NCBI GenBank assembly: GCA_965203805.1
Contig: OZ241917.1
Location: 768,001 to 832,000 of the forward strand
Direction: 5' to 3'
Length of the DNA stretch: 64,000 bases
Origin: Candidatus Latescibacterota bacterium
GTDB lineage: Bacteria; Latescibacterota; UBA2968; GCA-2709665
This document shows positions 19,694 through 28,729 of the stretch, one piece after another. The position numbers and the translations under genes were made by a program. Numbering within the stretch: position 1 is the stretch's first letter; each line of letters begins with the position of its first letter. The notes below the pieces were generated by a model. It was not told where the DNA came from. It searched no databases and was given only the letters and a program-made list of their open reading frames with translations.

Positions 19694-22423
19694 ATGATGG
19701 TTGCAGATGGGGATAAAGCCGATACCGCCACAATGACGCTGGACAGCCAGACGGTCGGGTTTTCCGACGGGGAAACCGTTTTTGACGTTGCGCAAAGGCA
19801 CTCGAAATTCGTGCCGACCCTGTGTTACGATTCCCGCCTGAAACCCTTCGGCAGCTGCCGCCTCTGCGTGGTCGACGTGGAAGGCGAGCGAACCCCCCTT
19901 GCGTCGTGCACGACGCCTGCAACGCCCGGGATGGTGGTTCGCACGCAAACGGATGCAATACAGAAACACCGTAAGGTGTTGCTGGAGTTGGTGGCCTCCG
20001 AAAACCCTGAAGTGGATGTAGACCCCCTTAGCGGCTATGCCTCCCAGGAACTGGCCACGCTTGTCGATCAATACGGCGCGCGGACGGGCCGGTTCAGAGG
20101 CGACCGTTCCGGACGCAGCAAGCCGGAGGACGACAACCCGTTTCTGCTGCGAGATTACGACAAGTGCATTTCCTGTTACCGTTGCGTCCGGGTGTGCGCC
20201 GAGCAGGAGGGTGACGACGCAATCAGCGTGATGAACCGCGGCTTCGACACTCAGATCGTTACCGAATTCGACGGCTTGCTGAAAGCGTCGTCGTGTACAT
20301 TCTGCGGGCAGTGTATTCAAACGTGCCCAACGGGCGCCCTTGCGGACCGGAAAGCGCTCCGGGCGGCCGGCGAACCGGGAAAAATAGAAAAGATCCGGAC
20401 TGTCTGTCCGTATTGCGGGGTGGGTTGTTCGGTTGACATGATGACAAAAGGGGAGAAGATCGTAGGCATCCAGCCCGCTATGGACGGTCCTGCGAACCTG
20501 GGTGCGCTTTGTGTAAAGGGGCAGTTTGCGTTCGATTTCGTGCAGCACCGCGACAGGTTGCAGACGCCGCTGGTGCGGCGGGAAGACGGCAGGCTGCACG
20601 AATCCGGCTGGGAGGAGGCGCTGGATCGTGCGGCGCAGGGATTCATGGATGCGCGGGCGGCACATGGAGAACTGAGCGCGTACGGCATCGCGTCCGGCCG
20701 TGCGCCAACGGAGGCCGCTTATGTGATGGGCAAATTCATCCGCGCCGGATTCGGTACCAACTATATAGACAACTGCAGCCGTGCCTGACACGCCCCTACG
20801 GTTGCCGGTCTGGCAGCCACGGTCGGACGGGGCGCGATGTCGAATCCGCTGGTCGACATGGAAAAGCCCGATGTGTTCTTCTGCATCGGGACGAATATGA
20901 CCGAGTGTCATCCGGTGGCGGCCACGCGGATGAAGAAAGCGGTACGCGGGGGTGCGAAGCTGATCGTGGCGGATCCTCGGCGCATCCCGCTGGCGGAGAT
21001 GGCGGATCTGTATCTTCCGTTGCGTGTGGGGTCGGATGTTGCCCTTCTGCTTGCGATGGCGCACGTGATTGCGAGGGAGGGGTTGATCGACAGGGGGTTT
21101 GTCGAGAACCGGACGACGAAGGCCGCGGACTTTCTTGAGCACGTGAAGGAATATCCCCCGGAGTGGGCCGAACGGATTACGGGGGTGCCGGCGAAGGATA
21201 TCGAACTCGCCGCGATCTGGTACGGCATGGCGGACAAGGGCGCCATCTACTATACGCTGGGCATCACAGAACACATCTGCGGCGTCGACAACGTTCAGAG
21301 CCTGTGCAACCTGGCGCTGATGACGGGAAACGTGGGCCGCGAAGGTACAGGCATCAATCCCATGCGCGGTCAGAACAATATCCAGGGCGCGGGGGATGCA
21401 GGCGCTATCCCGGACAAATTCCCCGGGTTCCAGGCGTGCGATGATCCCGGGACGGCGGCGAGATTCTCGCGAATTTACGGACGGCCTCTGAAACCGGAAA
21501 AGGGAATAACGAAGGTGGCGGCGCTGAACCTGTGCGGAGACCGCATCCGCGCCATGATGATCGACGGCGAGAACACGGTCGTATCCGATCCTGACAGGGC
21601 GCACTGCGAGCGCGCATTGCAGAGCCTGGACCATCTGGTCGTGATCGACATCTTCCTGACCGAAACGGCCAGACTTGCCGACGTCGTGCTGCCGGCGACG
21701 GCATGGGGCGAAACGGACGGGACGTGTTCGAACACGGAGCGGCGCGTCCAGCGTCTGCGCGCCGCGGTCCCGCCCCCCGGTGAGGCCCGCCCGGATTGGT
21801 GGATCGTCAGCGAGATTGCGAAACGGATGGGAGCGCAGGGGTTCGACTTCACTTCCGCGAAAGACGTGTTCAACGAACTGTGCGCCGTGTCCCCGATATA
21901 CGCGGGATTGAATTGGGATCGAATCGAACATGGCCAGTACCATTGGCCGGTCCCTGACGCCGATCATCCGGGCACGCCGATGCTGCACGAAGGCGAATTC
22001 GTGAATGGCCGAGGCATCTTCACAAAGCATCGCTATCGCAATCCGGCGGAGACGGTCAGCGAAGACTATCCCGTATGGTTGACGACCGGCCGCAGACTGC
22101 ACGCGTACCATACGCGGACTCAGACCGGAAGGGCCGCGGGGATGGACTATTTTCTTTCCGAAGAGTCGCTGGAGGTGCATCCGTCGGACGTAGCGGCCTG
22201 GGGGCTTAGCGACGGCGGCTGGTGCCTGATGTCGAGCGCACGCGGTTCCATCCGGATCAAGGTCAAGGCGACCCGGCAGTCTCCCCGGGGGACTGTGTTC
22301 GCCAGTTTCGGCTTCAACGACGTTCCGGTGAATATCCTGACGGGTTCGGGCTACGATCCGGTGACGGAAACGGCCGAATTGAAGGTATGCCCGGTTCGTA
22401 TTGAATCAGTTGTGCCAAAATGA
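19694..22423 (+). CDS. fdhF: Formate dehydrogenase alpha subunit, selenoprotein (Sec at TGA 20786-20788)
   Basis: The two ORF-track halves are in frame and join as NCSRA-U-HAPTVAGL; Fe-S motifs CRLC, CISCYRC, CTFCGQC, CPYCGVGC; RGQNNIQG; TTGRR. Confidence 0.93.
20789..20836 (+). promoter_or_regulatory. Bacterial SECIS element
   Basis: ggttgcc-ggtct-ggcagcc hairpin beginning about 11 nt after the UGA, the same layout as the E. coli fdhF SECIS. Confidence 0.88.
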
Positions 22424-22444
22424 TTTAATCCCGAAAGTTAAAGG

Positions 22445-23275
22445 TTGAATTCAGGCATTACACAGCGCGACGTGTCGAGGGTGAACAACGGCTTTCCGGC
22501 GCGTCCGGTTCAGGACGATATCGCGGTTGAAGAGCCCCTGGAAATCCGCGTGGCCGGGGATCCCGTTGCCGTAACGATGCGGTCGCCGGGAGACGACGCC
22601 CGGCTTGCGGTGGGATTTCTCTTTTCAGAAGGGATTATTGCGTCCATCGAGGACGTCGGACGGGTATTTCACTGCGGAAGGCCGGGGACGGAGGGGTACG
22701 GAAACGCGATCGACGTGCTGCCCGCGCCCGGCCACAGCCTGGATATCGAGCGGGTCGCCGCCAGCCGCCGGGGAACACTCACGACGTCGGCGTGCGGGGT
22801 CTGCGGGCGCCAGGGCGTCGAAGACCTGATGGCGCGTTGTTCTGTTTTGCCGCCCGGGCCGCGGATATCGGCAGAACTGCTCCTGGATACGATTGAACGG
22901 ATGACGCGGATTCAGCCCACGTTCACCCATACCGGCGGCGTGCACGCCGCCGCCGCGTTCGGCCGGGACGGCCGCCCGCTTGTGTGTTCTGAAGACGTCG
23001 GCCGCCACAATGCCGTGGACAAGACGATCGGCGCCCTGCTGTTCGACCGTCTGGTGGGCGCGTCATCGGGCGCGGCCCTGCTGGCCGTAAGCGGCAGAGC
23101 GAGCTTTGAAATCGTGCAGAAAGCGGCGGTCGCGAAAATCCCGATTGTCGCAAGCGTTTCCGCGGCCAGTTCTCTCGCGGTCGATCTCGCAGCCGATGCG
23201 GGCATCACCCTTGCGGGTTTCGTACGCCGCAAGGGCTTCAACCTGTACGCGCACCCCGAACGGATCGGACAATAA
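22445..23275 (+). CDS. fdhD: FDH accessory sulfurtransferase FdhD
   Basis: EEPLEI, MRSPG, SACGVCG, TGGVHAA, EDVGRHNAVDK, SGRASFE. Confidence 0.96.
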   Translation: MNSGITQRDVSRVNNGFPARPVQDDIAVEEPLEIRVAGDPVAVTMRSPGDDARLAVGFLFSEGIIASIEDVGRVFHCGRPGTEGYGNAIDVLPAPGHSLDIERVAASRRGTLTTSACGVCGRQGVEDLMARCSVLPPGPRISAELLLDTIERMTRIQPTFTHTGGVHAAAAFGRDGRPLVCSEDVGRHNAVDKTIGALLFDRLVGASSGAALLAVSGRASFEIVQKAAVAKIPIVASVSAASSLAVDLAADAGITLAGFVRRKGFNLYAHPERIGQ

Positions 23276-23503
23276 ATGCCTATCTTCGAGTTCATCTGCG
23301 GCAGTTGCCGCCATCCCTTCGAGGCGATCATTCAGGGGTCCCGGGAGCCGCGCTGTCCGTCCTGTGGCAGCGCCGAACTTGAGAAGCAGCTTTCGGTTTT
23401 CGCTGTCAGCGGGGGCAGCGGTCGGACGGAGGCGCCCGCGCCCACGGGACCATGCAGAACCTGCGGAGACCCCAGGGGCCCGGGCGCCTGTTCGATCAGC
23501 TAG
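23276..23503 (+). CDS. FmdB-family zinc-ribbon protein
   Basis: MPIFEFICGSC...CPSCGS...LS, followed by a C-terminal CxxC-x7-C. Confidence 0.88.
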   Translation: MPIFEFICGSCRHPFEAIIQGSREPRCPSCGSAELEKQLSVFAVSGGSGRTEAPAPTGPCRTCGDPRGPGACSIS

Positions 23504-23606
23504 GAGCCCGTCCCGAAAATATGTCACCATCCATCCGCCGATTCATCGCGACCCGGCGCCCGAATTCAGGCGATCGGTCTCCGGTACGGAACACCGGACA
23601 TCATAG

Positions 23607-23633
23607 CCCGGTTCATAACACCGGGTTTTTTTT
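23607..23633 (+). terminator. Probable intrinsic terminator of the FDH operon
   Basis: cccggt...accggg followed by T8. Confidence 0.65.
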
Positions 23634-23870
23634 GTGTACATAAAACGAGGAATCAACACATTTTCAACCGAACCCCATGAACTCGGAGATCGTCTTCCGC
23701 GTTAACGTTGCAAGAATTGCATTTGTGCATTCTGACATACGAACCTATCTTTGGCGGCGTCGGCTGATTCTTACGTTGTCCCGCGAGATTGACCGCGTGA
23801 ACGCATGTTTTGCGTGGTCCCGGTCGAACCGGAACGAACGCGGTCCGGCCTTGCCCGGGGAGAATGCTGT

Positions 23871-25607
23871 ATGAGCGGCCTCTACTCGAAAGCCTACCAG
23901 CGGATACGACGACTGTTCGCGGAGGACCGTTGTGTGATTCTGGACGGCGGCGTCGCAACGGAACTGGAACGCATAGGGCGTCGGGACCACGCCGTCAGCG
24001 ATCACAGCCTCTGGGGGACGTCGGCGCTGTACCATGAACCCTATTCGGTTCTTGATGTACACAGACGGTTCGCAGAGGCCGGCTGCGACCTGATTTCAAC
24101 CAACACGTGGGGGATCCTCGACGCGGCGGAGATGGGCGGACAAGGGTTGGACTCCGTGGCCGGCATCTCGCACTGGATGGACGTTGCGCGACGTGGTATC
24201 AGGTTGGCGCGACAGGCGAATCGGGAGTCGGGCCGGGAAAACGAGTGTGCGGTGGCTTTCAGCATGAATGGAGACATTGATACGCCCCAACGTCTCGAAC
24301 GACTGCAGCTGCTTTCGAGGGTATTTACAGACGACCCGCCCGATCTCATTCTGCTGGAGACGATGTCCATTATCCGGGACGATCTCACGCTGCCTGCCGT
24401 CGAGCTGATGATCCAATCGGGGATTCCGGTGTGGCTGAGTTTTCGGCGCTGCCGGAAGGGGCTGTGCGGGGTCCACGGACAGCATTGGGGCGGTCCGGAA
24501 GGCGATTATTTCGGCAGATTGGCCGGCCGTTTTGAACGAATGAAAATAGGCGCCCTCCTGATCAATTGTCTCCCGGTGGACCACGTACCGGGCATGATCT
24601 CCTGGCTGAGGGATTTTACGGATCTCCCGCTGGGCGTGTACCCGAACCTGGGGCGTTACCTTGACCCGGGGTGGAAATTCGACGAGACCGTCGGCCCCCC
24701 GAGTTTTGCCGCGCTGGCCCTTGCATGGCGCGACGAGGGCGCGCAGATCGTCGGCGGGTGCTGTGGCGTCACACCCGATCACATTGCCGCAGCACGGGAG
24801 GCGCTGGCCGGTACCCTGCCGGGACGAAAGCGGGTCCGGCCGCAAACAACCCCGGCGGCCGGAAGCCGGAAGGACGAACCGGTTGTTCCGCGCCCGTGGG
24901 TGGACACGGACGGGGGGGCGCTCTTTCCGCTGCCGTTCCCTGAGATTATGTGCGACCCGGGAGTATTCGCACCCACGCAGGGGAGCTTTCTGATCTGGAA
25001 GCACCTCTTTCGAACGGGCGCCGGGCAGGGCAAACGCTGTCTGGACGTGGGTTGCGGCACCGGAATCCTCTCCGTGCAACTCGCGTTGAACGGAGCGGAA
25101 CAGGTTGTGGCAATCGATATCCAGAAAGAAGCCATCGGCAACACGATGACGAACGCATTTCGAAACGGCGTGGCCGACCGTATTTCCGCGCGGGTCGAGG
25201 ACCTCTACACCTACACTCCGGAAGAGCGGTATGACCTGGTGATCGGCAGCCTCTATCAGATGCCCGTGGATCCTGTCCGGCATACGACCGGGCACCGACC
25301 CGCGGATTTCTGGGGCAGGAATCTGTTCGATCATCTCATTGCGCTGCTGCCTGAGATGCTGGCTGATGACGGTGTCGCCTACCTGATGCAGATATCGGCC
25401 TTGAGTCAGCTTCGGTCATCCGAACTGATTTCAGCCGCCGGTCTGAAAGCGAAGGTCATCGACTTCAGCTTTTTTCACTTCGGCCCGGTATTCAATGAAA
25501 ATTCCGATCAGATCCGGCGGGTCGCCGAGCTGTCGGACGCCTTTTACCTGAGCTTTGGCCGGGACAACGTCATGGTGATGTACCTGCTTGAGATCAACTC
25601 GAATTGA
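23871..25607 (+). CDS. Homocysteine S-methyltransferase domain fused to a class I SAM-dependent methyltransferase
   Basis: N-terminal ILDGGVATEL, LINC, GVYPN, GGCCG; C-terminal LDVGCGTGI, VAIDI; GGGGAG RBS before ATG 23871. Confidence 0.88.
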   Translation: MSGLYSKAYQRIRRLFAEDRCVILDGGVATELERIGRRDHAVSDHSLWGTSALYHEPYSVLDVHRRFAEAGCDLISTNTWGILDAAEMGGQGLDSVAGISHWMDVARRGIRLARQANRESGRENECAVAFSMNGDIDTPQRLERLQLLSRVFTDDPPDLILLETMSIIRDDLTLPAVELMIQSGIPVWLSFRRCRKGLCGVHGQHWGGPEGDYFGRLAGRFERMKIGALLINCLPVDHVPGMISWLRDFTDLPLGVYPNLGRYLDPGWKFDETVGPPSFAALALAWRDEGAQIVGGCCGVTPDHIAAAREALAGTLPGRKRVRPQTTPAAGSRKDEPVVPRPWVDTDGGALFPLPFPEIMCDPGVFAPTQGSFLIWKHLFRTGAGQGKRCLDVGCGTGILSVQLALNGAEQVVAIDIQKEAIGNTMTNAFRNGVADRISARVEDLYTYTPEERYDLVIGSLYQMPVDPVRHTTGHRPADFWGRNLFDHLIALLPEMLADDGVAYLMQISALSQLRSSELISAAGLKAKVIDFSFFHFGPVFNENSDQIRRVAELSDAFYLSFGRDNVMVMYLLEINSN

Positions 25608-25741
25608 AGGGGTCTGCAGACGCCGCGCACCGGCATTGTGCGGTTCGATAGACTGCGCGGCGGTATCGCGCATCTCCGTACCCGGCGTACAGGAGCGATT
25701 TGCCCGGGCAGAGCGAATTCGATAGACACGGGGAATGCAAG

Positions 25742-26572
25742 ATGGACGATCGGTTCCTGAAGGGACGCGCCGCGATTGTCACGGGAGGCGCAAGTGGACT
25801 CGGCAGGGCAATCGCGTTGCGCCTGGCGCACCGCGGCGCGGACGTCTGCATCATGTCCCTGAGCAGCCAGCGGGTGGAGAAAGTCGATAGCGAGGTCAAA
25901 TACTTCGCGGACGTCGGCGAAATCGAGACGACCCGTCGGGAGATACGGGAATCGGGTGTACGGTGTATCGGTCTGGACGGAGACGTCAGTTCGACGTCGG
26001 ACGTAGAGGATATGATCGTTCGGACGGTCGAGACATTCGGCAGGCTGGACGTCCTGGTGAACAATGCCGCGACAAACGTGATCCATCCCGTCCTCGGCCA
26101 CGACAACCGGGCCTGGCGGCGAGTGATCGATGTCAATCTGTTCGGTCCCTACCTTTGCGCGCGGAACGCGCTGCCCCATATGATTGAGAATGGCTGGGGA
26201 CGCATCGTCTCAATCGGTTCCACAAATTCCCATGTCGGCGCGTCCAGTTACAGTGCCTACGCCGCATCGAAGCACGGGCTGCTGGGGTTCAGCCGATCCC
26301 TCGCGCTGGAAGTGGCCCACTACCACATTACGGCCAACACCATCAGCCCGGCGACGATCGAGACGCCATCCGGGCGGATGCATCTGCTCCGGTGGGCAAA
26401 GGACCAGGGCCTTTCTCCCGAAGCCATGCGCGGAGAGTTCATGAAGTCCTATCCGCAGGGGAGATTCCTTCGCCCGGAAGAGATCGCAGACCTGGTTGTC
26501 TATTTGTGCCGGGAAGAAGCGCGGGGAATCAACGGCGAAGATATCCGTGTGACAACGGGCGCGATGTACTGA
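25742..26572 (+). CDS. Classical SDR oxidoreductase
   Basis: TGGASGLG, NNA, YAASK. Confidence 0.92.
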   Translation: MDDRFLKGRAAIVTGGASGLGRAIALRLAHRGADVCIMSLSSQRVEKVDSEVKYFADVGEIETTRREIRESGVRCIGLDGDVSSTSDVEDMIVRTVETFGRLDVLVNNAATNVIHPVLGHDNRAWRRVIDVNLFGPYLCARNALPHMIENGWGRIVSIGSTNSHVGASSYSAYAASKHGLLGFSRSLALEVAHYHITANTISPATIETPSGRMHLLRWAKDQGLSPEAMRGEFMKSYPQGRFLRPEEIADLVVYLCREEARGINGEDIRVTTGAMY

Positions 26573-26619
26573 GATGAACCGCAGGGTCCTCTCACGGGTT
26601 TCCGATTGTTGAGGAGACG

Positions 26620-27405
26620 GTGATGGATCTGGGATTGAAAGGCCGCCGGGCCCTGGTGACAGGCGCGAGCAAGGGGATCGGCCGGGCAATTGCATACGAG
26701 CTGGCAACGGAAGGCGCGGACCTGGCAATCTGCGCCCGCGGACCGCGCGCCCTTGAGGATACGGCGGCGGCGTTGGAGGCGGCAACGGGCGTGAACGTGT
26801 TCGCGGGCACGGCGGATGTAACGGTTGACCGCGAAGTCCGGGCTTTCGTGGACGAGGCCGCCGCCGCGCTGGGCGGGCTCGATGTCCTCGTGAACAACGC
26901 CGGGAGTGCGCTTCCGGGCACCTTCGAAGAGGTGGACGAGGGTCGCTGGCGCGCGGACCTGGACGTAAAGCTTTTCGCCGCGATGCGATGCGTGCGTACC
27001 GCCCTTCCTCATCTGAAACAGAGTCCGCAGGCCAGGATCATCAATATAAACTCGATTGTCGGACGCCAGATTGCACCGGAATACATCGCCAACAGCACCG
27101 ATCGAGCGGCGTGTCTGGCGTTCAGCAAAGGCCTGGCTGACAATCTGGCAAAGTACGGCATTCTTGTAAACAGCGTGAATCCCGGCAACGTCAGAAGCCA
27201 GGCATGGGACAGCACGCTGGACTACTTCGCGCCGGACGCGGAACTGGAAGACTATTACGTCCAGGCGAGCCGGGAAACGCCGCTGGGCAGGGTGGCGGAC
27301 GCGGGCGAGATTGCCGCGGTGGTGGCCTTTCTGGCCAGCAAGCGGGCAAGCTACATCACGGGAGCCTCCATCGATGTGGACGGCGGACTGGTGAGGTATA
27401 TCTAG
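26620..27405 (+). CDS. SDR oxidoreductase lacking the canonical YxxxK
   Basis: TGASKGIG, NNAG, NSVNPG, TPLGR; NSTDRAA at the YxxxK position. Confidence 0.9.
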   Translation: MMDLGLKGRRALVTGASKGIGRAIAYELATEGADLAICARGPRALEDTAAALEAATGVNVFAGTADVTVDREVRAFVDEAAAALGGLDVLVNNAGSALPGTFEEVDEGRWRADLDVKLFAAMRCVRTALPHLKQSPQARIININSIVGRQIAPEYIANSTDRAACLAFSKGLADNLAKYGILVNSVNPGNVRSQAWDSTLDYFAPDAELEDYYVQASRETPLGRVADAGEIAAVVAFLASKRASYITGASIDVDGGLVRYI

Positions 27406-28565
27406 TGTTTCGTCCCAGGAGTAACTTGCAAAAATAGTTCACTTGCCATAGATTCCCTATAGCGAAAGGAGGAATCTATGGCCAGGGGACGTCCGTTAGC
27501 GCCACTGAGTATTGGGGATGAGGTTCGTGCGCAACTGGAAACCATTTCCCGTTCAAGAAGCATGTCGCACAGTCTTGTGTGCCGGGCGAAGATCGTTCTG
27601 ATGAGTGATCAAGGGCTGTCGAATCAGCAGATCGGACGACAGCTTGGTCTGTCGGGAGCCACAGTCGGGAAGTGGCGCCGTCGGTTTTTAGAACAAGGTC
27701 TGATGGGGCTTTATGATGAATTGCGCCCCGGGGGGCCCCGCTCGATCAGCGATGAGCGCATCGCCTCGCTGATTCATGCAACGCTCAAAGACAAGCCGTC
27801 GGGAGCCACCCACTGGACCTGCCGCTCTCTGGCAGCCCAGACGCAACTGTCCAAGTCCACGGTTCAGCGCGTGTGGAAAGCGTTTGGTCTACAGCCGCAC
27901 CGGCAAAAACACTTCAAGCTGTCCAATGATCCGTTCTTTGTCGAGAAGGTACGTGACATTGTCGGACTGTATCTGAACCCTCCCGACAACGCGATGGTAT
28001 TATGCGTTGACGAAAAGAGTCAGATCCAGGCATTGGAACGAACGCAGCCGATATTGCCTTTGGGGTTGGGCTATGTGGAAGGGGTCACCCACAATTATAT
28101 CCGGCACGGCACCACGACCTTGTTCGCCGCGCTGGAGGTCGCTTCCGGCAAGGTGCTGGCCCAATGCAAACCCCGACATCGACACCAGGAATTTTTACAA
28201 TTCCTCAAATATATCGACCAAAACGTCCCGAAGGACCTTGACATTCATCTCGTCGTCGACAACTACGCCACGCACAAGCACGAAAAAATCAAACGCTGGA
28301 TCGCAGCCAGGCCCCGATACCACGTTCACTATACACCGACCTATGCGTCCTGGCTCAACCAGGTCGAGATCTGGTTCGGCATCATTACCCAGAAAGCCAT
28401 CCGACGCGGGACCTTCAAAAAGGTGAAAGACCTCATCGCCAACATTCAGGATTTCACCAACCATTATAACGCCAACTCACGACCGTTCGTCTGGACCGCC
28501 ACCGCAGAATCGATCCTTGACAAGATTACCAGACTTTTTGAACTAATTCATGGGACAAGACACTA
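27403..28565 (+). mobile_element. IS630-family insertion sequence (about 1.16 kb)
   Basis: Imperfect TIRs tagtgtttcgtccca / tgggacaagacacta; CTAG at both ends (TA duplication typical of IS630); intact transposase. Confidence 0.93.
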
Positions 28566-28566
28566 G
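27478..28566 (+). CDS. IS630 transposase
   Basis: N-terminal HTH; DDE motifs VDEKSQIQAL, VDNYATHK, SWLNQVEIWF; the stop codon falls in the terminal CTAG; AAAGGAGG RBS. Confidence 0.96.
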   Translation: MARGRPLAPLSIGDEVRAQLETISRSRSMSHSLVCRAKIVLMSDQGLSNQQIGRQLGLSGATVGKWRRRFLEQGLMGLYDELRPGGPRSISDERIASLIHATLKDKPSGATHWTCRSLAAQTQLSKSTVQRVWKAFGLQPHRQKHFKLSNDPFFVEKVRDIVGLYLNPPDNAMVLCVDEKSQIQALERTQPILPLGLGYVEGVTHNYIRHGTTTLFAALEVASGKVLAQCKPRHRHQEFLQFLKYIDQNVPKDLDIHLVVDNYATHKHEKIKRWIAARPRYHVHYTPTYASWLNQVEIWFGIITQKAIRRGTFKKVKDLIANIQDFTNHYNANSRPFVWTATAESILDKITRLFELIHGTRH

Positions 28567-28729
28567 TGTCCTGTCCCAAAAATACCTCACCATTCTTCCG
28601 CAGATTCATCCCGTCTCGCGGCGTTGCCATCGCTCGCCGACCGTGCCAGGTCGCCTGCGCTCCGGCGCCTTGCGAGCCGGGCGACTCTGCGGCCGAATTC
28701 AGGCAACTTATTTCTGGGACAAGACACTA
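28564..28729. mobile_element. Non-autonomous IS630-related MITE (164-bp unit)
   Basis: TIRs tagtgtcctgtcccaaaaata / tatttctgggacaagacacta; the last 15 bp are identical to the IS630 right end; CTAG-flanked; partial second copy at 6808. Confidence 0.88.

Noticed and set aside
20786-20788. FDH alpha as a nonsense pseudogene or two separate genes
   Set aside because: The UGA is at the catalytic Cys/Sec position and is followed by a SECIS hairpin.
19664-22180. 838-aa antisense ORF
   Set aside because: Shadow frame of the GC-rich FDH gene; no recognisable motifs.
23578-23626. Short duplicated ccggt...aacaccgg units
   Set aside because: Only two imperfect copies, adequately explained as terminator hairpins.
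28550-28729. Native N-terminus of the 811-aa ORF
   Set aside because: This segment is IS-end plus MITE sequence; the ancestral start is probably GTG 28730.
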